From: a virus
Reading direction: 5' to 3' (one strand)
Virus record (IMG/VR): IMGVR_UViG_3300045988_129434
Length of the DNA stretch: 64,000 nucleotides
Shown: positions 1 through 7,431 of the stretch, piece by piece
How positions within the stretch are numbered: position 1 is the stretch's first letter
Layout: each line of letters opens with the position of its first letter
The notes under the pieces: model-generated
What the model saw: only the letters and a program-made list of their open reading frames with translations
What the model was told of the DNA's origin: nothing
Database searches by the model: none
Translations under genes and position numbers: made by a program

Positions 1-2
1 AA

Positions 3-89
3 CGAAGAAGGAAAGAGCAAGAAGAAAGATCCGAAAAAACACGTCGTCAGTTAGAGCAAATGATTAAGGATAGAATATTGACAAAATAA
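3..89 (+). CDS. 3' end of an ORF truncated by the window edge (K/E/R-rich tail)
   Basis: Frame open from position 3 to TAA 87-89; too short to classify. Confidence 0.3.
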   Translation, partial: RRRKEQEERSEKTRRQLEQMIKDRILTK

Positions 90-600
90 ATTTTTCGATT
101 TTTGTGCAAATTGACAGCTCAAGTTTATACACTGTGTATACATATAGGCGCTATTGTACAAAATTTGATCTATAAGGTGCTTTTTCTCCTGTAGGTTTTT
201 TGCCCGTTTTTTAATTTCGATATTTTTTATATATCAGGCCGATTCTTGTTCTAAACTGAAACGATAAACAGAACAGCGCATTCTTTACGTACTCCAAAAC
301 TTATGCTGAACACGTTAAACGGCTCTAAAATCGTTTGTAACTCGTTTGGACATTATAACCTACCTATGCGATCAAAAAACGGCTAAAAGCCCTTTAAACA
401 CTTATAGCATAGCATTGTAATATATGGTTGTCAATGTACATTTTTATGGTCCATGTCGTTTTAATTTGCCTTATATAGCGTTTTTGAAATGTAACGTTGC
501 TTTCCGGTGATTGCGTTTTAAACATCTCAAAATAGGGAATACACGCTTGTAGAACCGTGCCGGCCGGAATTGAACCAGCTAAAAAGCACCAGAGCACAGG

Positions 601-623
601 AAAAAGGCAGGGGAAAACCTGCC
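601..623 (-). terminator. intrinsic terminator of gene 623..901
   Basis: GGCAGG/CCTGCC stem (606-611/618-623), followed on the minus strand by a U-run (plus A601-605); overlaps the stop codon. Confidence 0.6.
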
Positions 624-901
624 TAAAGTAAACCATATTCACGACACACACTTTCAAGCCATGCTGTATAATGTCGCGTCCATTTTTGAGATGTATTTTT
701 TAACATTTTACCGGATAAATTCATTCTTTTTAGCGATACATCAGAAAATTTTGTTGTTGTATCGCTTATTTTTTCAATTTTTGCCGATATTTTTACGCTG
801 TCATTTATGGCTGTGAATATATCGTCGCGTCTGTCTATATGTAAGGTTAGCTTTTCCTCATCATAAATATTTATGTTATTACCATTCTTTTTTATTTCCA
901 T
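623..901 (-). CDS. hypothetical protein (92 aa)
   Basis: ORF track 623..916; the in-frame ATG at 901 has GGAGG 8 nt upstream; terminator directly downstream. Confidence 0.5.
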   Translation of the reverse strand: MEIKKNGNNINIYDEEKLTLHIDRRDDIFTAINDSVKISAKIEKISDTTTKFSDVSLKRMNLSGKMLKNTSQKWTRHYTAWLESVCREYGLL

Positions 902-969
902 TCTGGAAACCTCCATTTTTTAATTTTATCACATGAACAATCCTGGCGCAATGCCAGGAAAGTCGGTTA

Positions 970-1227
970 CTATGAAATTTTTAAATATTTTTTAGACGCA
1001 GCTATAACATCATCCGTACAACCACAATCTAATATTTTTCGTGCGAGTGTATTAATGCGGTATTTTGATAGACAACAAAAAGCGCGGATATAATCACATG
1101 ATGCGCGGCCCGTCCATATATACCACGATAGATCACCGGCCAGGTTTTCAGCAGTCCTGCTGTCTGAAATATGCCACAATGCCATTTTTAAAGCAAAAAT
1201 TGTATTTTCAATTTTTTCGCGACTCAT
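970..1227 (-). CDS. hypothetical protein (85 aa, Cys-rich)
   Basis: ORF track; weak RBS; no family recognised. Confidence 0.4.
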   Translation of the reverse strand: MSREKIENTIFALKMALWHISDSRTAENLAGDLSWYIWTGRASCDYIRAFCCLSKYRINTLARKILDCGCTDDVIAASKKYLKIS

Positions 1228-1826
1228 ATTTTCACTTTCTTCCCTTTTCCCTGGGAGCTAGGATATACAAAAGGCACCGGACGGAATCGAACCGCCCGCA
1301 ATGGCTCCAGCGTGCTTATTTTCCAATAATTTCAAGGTAATGGTTGGCGGTTATGTGGCTAGTCACAAATAAAATCCCCTTGCACACCTGTCACAATAAT
1401 CATTTTCCCATCGCGTCGTCTATACACAATTCCGCAACCGTGCGAAAAAGAAGACCACACAAGCCATCCAGGAGGCGTGACTTTTTATTTGTTGGCTGGG
1501 AAATAGGAAAAGAGTTCTAAGACTTTCATTTTAATAAAAGTTTCGCTGTGATCTTGTCCAGTTCTCGAAAGCTCTTTTCAATTTTCTTCATTGACTTTTC
1601 CCGCTTTTTTAAAGCTTTCTGAAGCTTTTGATCTGGTGCAAATTGTAACTTTAACATTGATTTTTACCTTTTCACCCTGTTATAATGGGTTTTCCTTTCT
1701 TTTTGATTGGTGCCGCTGGTTTAGCTACTCAGGCCGTTCAGCGGCTTTTTTGTTTGTTCCTCCGCTCTGCATTTTTCCAGGCTTGCGACTAGCTTCGGCT
1801 GCATTAGAGGGCCGGACGTGTCCGGC

Positions 1827-2036
1827 TTAATGTCCGCAGTCAAATTCTGGTGTATCTTCAGCAAGTTTTCTAATATTTTGATTAAGTGTATGTTTTTCAT
1901 TGTATTTTAAAGTTTCCACTTTTTTCGTTGCGCGGTTAAAAACAGTTGATGAACCGGTAGCAATATCGCTATCAAGTACTTTACAGATTTGAATTGTTCC
2001 GTTTACCATTTTCCCAACATATACAGATTTTAACAT
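1827..2036 (-). CDS. hypothetical protein (69 aa)
   Basis: ORF track; AGGAGG (plus 2044-2049) 7 nt upstream of the ATG; divergent from the operator-rich region 2100-2222. Confidence 0.6.
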   Translation of the reverse strand: MLKSVYVGKMVNGTIQICKVLDSDIATGSSTVFNRATKKVETLKYNEKHTLNQNIRKLAEDTPEFDCGH

Positions 2037-2193
2037 CTTTCTACCTCCTATTGTTTGGCTTTTAATGATTGTTTTTGTGTTCCTTTGATGATTATATTAT
2101 AGCATAATTAAGCGCTAATTCAATATGTAATAACTAACAAATTAAACACTAATATTAGGCTGAAAATTGTGCGCTTTTATTAAACGCTAATGC

Positions 2194-2222
2194 TTGACTA
2201 TTAAACACTAATATATTATAAT
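2194..2222 (+). promoter_or_regulatory. consensus sigma-70-type promoter P1 with an operator in the spacer
   Basis: TTGACT(2194-2199)-17 nt-TATAAT(2217-2222); the spacer contains TTAAACACTAAT, a 12-mer also at 2108, 2142 and 2180. Confidence 0.75.
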
Positions 2223-2252
2223 ATAGGCACAAACAGAAAGGGAGTGAACGAA

Positions 2253-2504
2253 ATGCCAGAAATAAGCAGATTTTACGGAATAGTAATAAAGATGTTCTTC
2301 AAGCCAAAAGAACATGAACCAAGTCATATACATGCTTTATATGGCGAGTATGTCGGAATTTTTGACTTGCAGAGCATGGAAATGACAGAGGGAGACTTAC
2401 CAAAGAAAGCGCAGGAGCTTATAAAGGAATGGCTTTATAAGAATCAAGAAGAACTTTTAAAAATGTGGGAAACTCAAAAATTAAGGAAACTGCCGCCGTT
2501 ATAA
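2253..2504 (+). CDS. DUF4160-family protein
   Basis: Starts MPEISRFYGIVIKMFF..EHEPSHIHA, the typical DUF4160 N-terminus; GGGAG RBS before ATG 2253. Confidence 0.8.
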   Translation: MPEISRFYGIVIKMFFKPKEHEPSHIHALYGEYVGIFDLQSMEMTEGDLPKKAQELIKEWLYKNQEELLKMWETQKLRKLPPL

Positions 2505-2532
2505 GCGGCTTTTTCCCGTGGGAGGTGGCGAA

Positions 2533-2784
2533 ATGATACCAAGAATAAAGAGCGTAAAACCACATGAAAATTATATTTTATATGTTATTTTTGATGATGG
2601 GAAAGAATGCTTGTATAATGTAAAAGAAGATATAGACAGCATAGAACAGTATAAGGATTTGGAAACAATACAAGGACTTTTTGAACAAGCACAGCTTGAT
2701 GAAAGTCGAACGTGCGTTTTTTGGAATGAATATATTGATCTAGCAAGTGACACAATATATGAATACGGGAAAGAGGTTGAATAA
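2533..2784 (+). CDS. DUF2442-family protein
   Basis: IPRIKSVKPHENYILYVIFDDG.. pattern typical of DUF2442; usual partner of DUF4160; GGAGG RBS. Confidence 0.8.
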   Translation: MIPRIKSVKPHENYILYVIFDDGKECLYNVKEDIDSIEQYKDLETIQGLFEQAQLDESRTCVFWNEYIDLASDTIYEYGKEVE

Positions 2785-2981
2785 TGGCAGATAAGAAGAA
2801 AATTGATCCAGAATTAAACCGGGCAAGAGTCAAGGCAACTATGGCAAAAAGAGACAGAATAAATATAATTTTGCCAGAAGGTACAAATGACAGAATAGAT
2901 GCTTTAGGGTTTAAGCGGTCCGATTTTGCAAAAACGCTAATTTTAACGGAATTAGACAGATTAGAAAAGATGAAAAAATAA
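2784..2981 (+). CDS. ribbon-helix-helix (CopG/Arc-like) DNA-binding protein, probable operator-binding repressor
   Basis: 65 aa; RINIILPEGTNDRIDAL..SDFAKTLILTEL fits beta-strand/helix/helix; start overlaps the upstream stop; last gene of the P1 operon. Confidence 0.6.
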   Translation: MADKKKIDPELNRARVKATMAKRDRINIILPEGTNDRIDALGFKRSDFAKTLILTELDRLEKMKK

Positions 2982-3003
2982 ACACTAATTTTTTAGATAA
3001 CTA

Positions 3004-3032
3004 TTGACAATTAAACACTAATATGATATAAT
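3004..3032 (+). promoter_or_regulatory. consensus promoter P2, near-duplicate of P1
   Basis: TTGACA(3004-3009)-17 nt-TATAAT(3027-3032); spacer ATTAAACACTAATATGA differs from the P1 spacer at its last 2 positions (GA vs AT). Confidence 0.75.
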
Positions 3033-3086
3033 AAAGACAGTTTAAGGAAGGGCAAGACCTTAGCAGAAAGAAAGGAGTAAACCAGA

Positions 3087-3251
3087 ATGGAGGAAGTAAG
3101 GGAAATGACAGAAAAAGAAATGCAGACAGTTAAAATGTCCACGCTGTACGAATTGAGATTGATTTTTACACAAGGGGAAAAGAAACAGTACAGCACTGAA
3201 GAAATTGTAGAACTCTTAGATAAAATAGCGACAGCAAAAGACCAGAAATAA
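3087..3251 (+). CDS. hypothetical small protein (54 aa)
   Basis: ATG 3087 preceded by AAAGGAG; in-frame TAA 3249-3251; below the ORF-track cutoff. Confidence 0.5.
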   Translation: MEEVREMTEKEMQTVKMSTLYELRLIFTQGEKKQYSTEEIVELLDKIATAKDQK

Positions 3252-3314
3252 GGTAATCAGGGAGGGCGGGCTTGCCACCGCTCCCCACATGAAATTATGA
3301 AAAGGGGAAAAACA

Positions 3315-3419
3315 ATGAAAACGATAGAAACGATTGAGAATTACAGAAAAGGTACAACGATAGATCTTTATTGTAATTATGGAGTCCTGAACTCAGAAAA
3401 AATGAATGTGTACACATAA
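3315..3419 (+). CDS. hypothetical small protein (34 aa)
   Basis: ATG 3315 after AAGGGG; TAA 3417-3419. Confidence 0.35.
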   Translation: MKTIETIENYRKGTTIDLYCNYGVLNSEKMNVYT

Positions 3420-3648
3420 AATGATCGAAAAATATACACATTACGGTGTTAATGTAGTGTATCAGATAATAGATACATTTAAAAATAATAATTTTAGACA
3501 AGAGCTGAAAGAAAATGGTATAGCATGGACTGATTTGCCAATTCTCGATACGGATGTTTTAACATACGTAAAAGACGGCATCACAAAATATGCCTGCATC
3601 AAAAAGGGCGCCGAATATGCGGAGAGAGTCTATACCTATGCCACTTAA
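3406..3648 (+). CDS. hypothetical protein (start 3406 or 3421)
   Basis: ORF track; no clear RBS. Confidence 0.45.
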   Translation: MCTHKMIEKYTHYGVNVVYQIIDTFKNNNFRQELKENGIAWTDLPILDTDVLTYVKDGITKYACIKKGAEYAERVYTYAT

Positions 3649-3853
3649 AACTAAAGCAAAAACGATTTGCGAGGCGGCCGAAAAAATGGCACTGGATAAA
3701 GCGGCTGAAAATTTATCTTTTTTTGATATGCCAAAACTTGACTCAAAAGAATTTAATATTGCACTAATTCATTTAGGGTATTCGTTGCAGGATATTAAAG
3801 ATATGGACTGTCATGATATTGATGATGATTTTTTAAGTGACATGGAGCTATAA
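3638..3853 (+). CDS. hypothetical acidic protein (71 aa)
   Basis: Internal ATG 3638 overlaps the upstream stop (ATGCCACTTAA); ORF track 3590..3853. Confidence 0.5.
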   Translation: MPLKTKAKTICEAAEKMALDKAAENLSFFDMPKLDSKEFNIALIHLGYSLQDIKDMDCHDIDDDFLSDMEL

Positions 3854-4056
3854 ATAGGGGGCATGGTTGTCTTCTATTTTTGATGTATTTATTTACAAGT
3901 TAATTTTAGCGCTAAAATTATCAGACAAATAGTTGTTTTTGTTGGTATATGATTCAGGCTTGACACAATAACGCCTGATATGATATCCTACATCTATCGA
4001 CGGGGCGAGGAACTCATAGGAGTAGTAGCACACTGAAAATTTAAAGTAATAAGCAA

Positions 4057-4082
4057 GGCAGACAGGAGAAGTCTGCCTTTTT
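4057..4082 (+). terminator. intrinsic terminator
   Basis: GGCAGAC/GTCTGCC 7-bp stem, 7-nt loop, T5 run. Confidence 0.7.
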
Positions 4083-4203
4083 ATTGTATAAAATAACGAT
4101 TTTTACCCCCCTATATTTATATATTATTACTATTGACTTTTTATATAATATATACTACTTCTATAGATTCTAAGCCCCTGAGATATTTATTATATATATA
4201 ATA

Positions 4204-4227
4204 ACGCGTGCGCGCGTGTATATATAT
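4204..4227. repeat. 24-nt perfectly alternating purine/pyrimidine tract (ACGCGTGCGCGCGTGTATATATAT) inside a (TA)n-rich block
   Basis: Read directly; flanked by TATATA-rich direct repeats at 4140-4260; lies upstream of the terS-like gene. Confidence 0.6.
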
Positions 4228-4461
4228 TATATACTATATATTGATTTATATGATACAGTATTACAAGATATTGTAACTTAGGTATTGACATAAAAAAGAA
4301 AATGTGGTAAAAAATAAAGTATCTAAATAATGTGAGGTCGCATAAAGAGCTAGTAGAGCGCCTTTGGAGTCCTGAAAAGATCGGACACGGGCAGCTTGTC
4401 AAAGCTCTTTTTTTATTTAATTTTAAATATATCAAATTAACGTGATAAAGTAGGTGAGGTT

Positions 4462-5091
4462 ATGAGTAATGCAATAAAGGCGGAAAACGGAATAGAAGTA
4501 TATGAGCATGATATAAAGTATTATGCTGACGAATATATAAGTCAGTTACCAGAAAAGGAGGATAGCATAAATAATAATCCTAGTTTATTTACTGGCATGA
4601 TTAAGTATATCTATAAGCATTTATTTAAGCCTGGTAAAAAAGATAAAGTAAAGTATAATGCTAATACTAACTTAGATACGGGAGATATAGAGTTATTAAA
4701 TAATATCTGGGAGGTATATACAGAGCTTTGTTATAAGTATAATAAACGTCCGACTATATTAAATTTTAGTCTTTTGATAGGCATTGATAATAGGACTATT
4801 GATACTTGGAGGCGCGGGGAATTCAGGGCCGGAGAGGACGGGGCAAGCTCTGCACACTCTCAAACGGTCAAAAAATGGCTGGCAGAATGTGAGTCTAGTT
4901 TGGTCGACGGAGCCACGGAACGGAACTCTGTGGGGTGCATATTTGCCCTAAAAGCTAATTACGGTTATACAGAGACACCGCAACGTGTAGAGATCGTAAA
5001 TGGCCAGCAGCCGGAGCAGATCGCAGCAGACATAGCGGCACGGCATAAGATAGGACAAGTTGAAAAGCCAGAACTACCGGAAGATTTATAA
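4462..5091 (+). CDS. terS: terminase small subunit-like DNA-packaging protein
   Basis: 209 aa; HTH-like RPTILNFSLLIGIDNRTIDTWRRG; C-terminal NSVGCIFALKANYGYTE resembles the conserved small-terminase motif (from memory); GGTGAGG RBS. Confidence 0.6.
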   Translation: MSNAIKAENGIEVYEHDIKYYADEYISQLPEKEDSINNNPSLFTGMIKYIYKHLFKPGKKDKVKYNANTNLDTGDIELLNNIWEVYTELCYKYNKRPTILNFSLLIGIDNRTIDTWRRGEFRAGEDGASSAHSQTVKKWLAECESSLVDGATERNSVGCIFALKANYGYTETPQRVEIVNGQQPEQIAADIAARHKIGQVEKPELPEDL

Positions 5092-5391
5092 ATGTAACAC
5101 AATATATAGTTTAAATCAGATTTATAATGCTATATATTGATTGTTACAATGTAAAAACAGGGTACACTTTGATTTTACAGTTAGATATTGATTTATTTTT
5201 GTGCAATATGACAATAAAAATAGTGCTAAAGAATACGGCAGAGGGGAGCATTGACAGCTTGACAGATGGGACGGGGTCTAAAACAGATCAGCCGCACCGC
5301 CCAAATGACCTCTAAATCCGCCCCAAAAAGAAAAAAGACCGTTTTAAGAATACTGGATTCCATTTTTCCCAAAAAATAAAAAAAGAGCCTG

Positions 5392-5553
5392 TTATTTATC
5401 AACAGACTCAAGATACATTGCAATAGCTTTATCAAATAATTTGCTTAATGGTATTCCAGTTTTATCAGAATAATCCTTTAGTTTTTGATACAATTCCTTG
5501 TCAATGGCAGTAGATATAGCGGTTCTGTTTTTAAGACCTCTGTTTGTAGTCAT
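5392..5553 (-). CDS. ribbon-helix-helix regulator (53 aa)
   Basis: MTTNRGLKNRTAISTAIDKELYQKLKDYS..; AAAGGAGG before ATG 5553; divergent from the recombinase gene; terminator hairpin at its stop. Confidence 0.7.
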   Translation of the reverse strand: MTTNRGLKNRTAISTAIDKELYQKLKDYSDKTGIPLSKLFDKAIAMYLESVDK

Positions 5554-5617
5554 AAGATACACCTCCTTTTGAAAAAAGTATATTATATCTTTCAATTTAT
5601 TTCAATAAATACTTGAT

Positions 5618-5645
5618 TTTATTTTCAAAAATGATATAATTGAAA
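5618..5645 (+). promoter_or_regulatory. promoter of the recombinase gene flanked by a 10-bp inverted repeat
   Basis: TTGATT-16 nt-TATAAT; TTTATTTCAA (about 5596) and TTGAAATAAA (about 5651) are reverse complements. Confidence 0.55.
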
Positions 5646-5677
5646 GTAGTTGAAATAAACTTAAAGGAGATGTTTTT

Positions 5678-6277
5678 ATGAAGATTGGCTATGTCAGAGT
5701 ATCAGCAGCAGACCAGAATGTGGCAAGGCAGATTAAAGCTATGCAGGAAGAAGGCGTGGAGAAAATATATATAGATAAGCAGTCAGGAAAAGACTTCAAC
5801 CGTCCAGAGTACAAGAAAATGATTTCTAGCCTAAAACATGGAGATGTCCTTGTACTTCATTCAATAGACAGGCTTGGAAGAAACTACGAGGAAATTCTTG
5901 AACAATGGAGGATTATCACAAAAGAGATCAAGGCAGATGTAATTGTTCAAGATATGCCGCTCCTTAATACAACAATTTCAAGAGATTTGGACGGAACCTT
6001 TATAGCAGATTTGGTACTCCAGATATTATCTTATGTTTCTGCAAAAGAGCGTGACAACATAAAACGTAGACAGCGTGAGGGTATCGCCATTGCGAAAACA
6101 CAGGGGAAATACAAAGGGGGAAAATCGAAAAGGATTGACGAGCAATTATTTACTGAAAATCTTGTAAGATACAGAAATGGAGAAATTACAAAGTTTCAAT
6201 TTGCAGTAAATATTGGTGTATCAAGACCGACACTTGACAAAATTATTAAAGAACGGGAGGAAGCGAATAATGATTGA
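5678..6277 (+). CDS. small serine recombinase (resolvase/invertase family)
   Basis: MKIGYVRVSAADQ (catalytic Ser), DRLGRN, C-terminal HTH GVSRPTLDKIIK; 199 aa. Confidence 0.9.
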   Translation: MKIGYVRVSAADQNVARQIKAMQEEGVEKIYIDKQSGKDFNRPEYKKMISSLKHGDVLVLHSIDRLGRNYEEILEQWRIITKEIKADVIVQDMPLLNTTISRDLDGTFIADLVLQILSYVSAKERDNIKRRQREGIAIAKTQGKYKGGKSKRIDEQLFTENLVRYRNGEITKFQFAVNIGVSRPTLDKIIKEREEANND

Positions 6278-6731
6278 TTTATCAAATAAATATTTCAGAA
6301 CTGAGTCCGATGAACAGAGTAATAGGCTATTGAGAATTGCAGTAGCGCAAGGCTATCATCTTCCGAAAGGCATTGCCGCTTTAATTGGAAACCGAATTTT
6401 TAAATTCACAGGCTTTCCATATAAGGCGGTATCATTTCCAGAGAATATATCGGCAAATGAAGCAGTTATTGACTATGCAGACGCATTCGGTGATGAAGAT
6501 AGGGAACTCAAAGAGATTTTAGATCGTTCAACTAGATTCTGTCGAGCGCATGGGTATAGTATACTTAGAATTTATGCAGATGAAAATGACAATGAGTATT
6601 CCGGTTCCGCTTTTGCGAAAACAGTTGATGGAGGTAACATTAAGACTGAAACACGGCTTCCTAAACCAAGAAAAGTTACTCTGGAAGAAATTGAACAGCG
6701 ATTCGGCTGTCCTATCGAAATAGTGTCATAA
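6270..6731 (+). CDS. hypothetical protein (153 aa)
   Basis: ATG 6270 overlaps the end of the recombinase gene; ORF track 6213..6731. Confidence 0.6.
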   Translation: MIDLSNKYFRTESDEQSNRLLRIAVAQGYHLPKGIAALIGNRIFKFTGFPYKAVSFPENISANEAVIDYADAFGDEDRELKEILDRSTRFCRAHGYSILRIYADENDNEYSGSAFAKTVDGGNIKTETRLPKPRKVTLEEIEQRFGCPIEIVS

Positions 6732-6876
6732 AATTTTACCACAATTTTCGCCTACCGGCAAACACATCAGATAAATTCTAATTCACTTACAAAAGATATA
6801 CCCATTCGGGCAAATAATTCCACACAAAAGATAAAATCGGGCAATCCGAAAAAATTTCTAAAAACAAAAAAGCGTT

Positions 6877-6930
6877 CCGTCAACCGCAATCTATTGGATA
6901 TGACTGTTAATCATAAAACCTACGGCGGAA
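6877..6930 (+). ncRNA. mini tRNA-Asn mimic: closing helix plus an exact copy of the tRNA-Asn anticodon stem-loop
   Basis: ATGACTGTTAATCAT (6900-6914) is identical to 7037-7051 of tRNA-Asn; TTCCG..CCG (6877-) can pair with CGG-CGGAA (-6930). Confidence 0.3.
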
Positions 6931-7009
6931 TGAAATTAAGTTTCCTGTATCAGCAACTTATTAAGCACAAAATTGGGGATTTTGAAAGCAAAAAAACAGG
7001 AAATGATAA

Positions 7010-7082
7010 GGGAGCATAGCTCAGTTGGCAGAGCGCATGACTGTTAATCATGTTGTCGAAGGTTCAAGTCCTTCTGTTCCCG
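7010..7082 (+). tRNA. tRNA-Asn (anticodon GTT)
   Basis: Hand-folded cloverleaf: GGGAGCA/TGTTCCC acceptor, GCTC-AGTTGGCA-GAGC, CATGA-CTGTTAA-TCATG, GAAGG-TTCAAGT-CCTTC. Confidence 0.9.
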
Positions 7083-7087
7083 TTTTG

Positions 7088-7191
7088 GTTCTCATACAGC
7101 AGAATGAAGATGTGTCATTGGTTCAAGTCCAATCATTCCTGAAATGGAATGTCGCCCAGCTGGTAGGGCAATCTATTTATATTTTGAGAAC
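7088..7191 (+). ncRNA. circularly permuted tRNA-like RNA, YrlA/Y-RNA-like (module 1)
   Basis: Closing helix GTTCTCA(7088-7094)/TGAGAAC(7185-7191); T-arm ATTGG-TTCAAGT-CCAAT(7117-7133); loop-capped acceptor-like helix CATTCC-TGAAAT-GGAATG(7134-7151); D-arm GCCC-AGCTGGTA-GGGC(7154-7169). Confidence 0.55.
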
Positions 7192-7205
7192 TGTAAAAAA
7201 CAGAG

Positions 7206-7291
7206 GTACGCAGCAACAGCAATGACTTAATGGCAAATGATTTGTATGCAAAACAAAGAAAATACGGTTCGATTCCGTGAAATATGCGTAC
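7206..7291 (+). ncRNA. T-arm-containing structured RNA (module 2)
   Basis: GTACGCA(7206-7212)/TGCGTAC(7285-7291) helix enclosing the T-arm TACGG-TTCGATT-CCGTG(7263-7279); no D or acceptor mimic found. Confidence 0.35.
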
Positions 7292-7317
7292 TGTAAAAAC
7301 AACTAAAAACCTATGTA

Positions 7318-7414
7318 ACGCCAAACAGCAATTTATTCGCTTAAAAAAGCATATTGGTTCAACTCCAATCGTATCCGTGGAGGATATGCCCTAGTGGTCA
7401 AGGGAAATTGGCGT
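7318..7414 (+). ncRNA. circularly permuted tRNA-like RNA, YrlA/Y-RNA-like (module 3)
   Basis: Closing helix ACGCCAA(7318-7324)/TTGGCGT(7408-7414); T-arm ATTGG-TTCAACT-CCAAT(7353-7369); capped helix CGTATCC-GTGGA-GGATATG(7370-7388); D-arm CCCT-AGTGGTCA-AGGG(7389-7404). Confidence 0.55.
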
Positions 7415-7431
7415 AATGAAAGGAGATTTTT

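Noticed and set aside
553-1305. Complete minus-strand tRNA genes at about 553-580 and about 1275-1305
   Set aside because: Only a T-arm plus a 3' acceptor strand can be folded. No complementary 5' acceptor strand, D-arm or anticodon arm is present.
2100-3030. CRISPR array (repeated 12-mers here; repeated cassettes at 22315, 34271 and 52728)
   Set aside because: The repeats are 12 nt operators at irregular spacing inside promoters, or about 90-nt promoter/terminator units many kb apart. There is no regular repeat-spacer architecture anywhere in the window.
3960-4086. Independent ~95-nt sRNA gene between a TTGACA box (3960) and the terminator at 4057-4082
   Set aside because: The -35/-10 spacing is poor (13-15 nt). 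The terminator is equally well explained as the end of the upstream 3087-3853 operon. Only the terminator is kept.
5678-6277. Serine recombinase as the prophage integrase or as a tail-fibre invertase
   Set aside because: At 199 aa it lacks the large C-terminal domains of serine integrases. It is 50 kb from the fibre genes, and I saw no inverted repeats flanking them.
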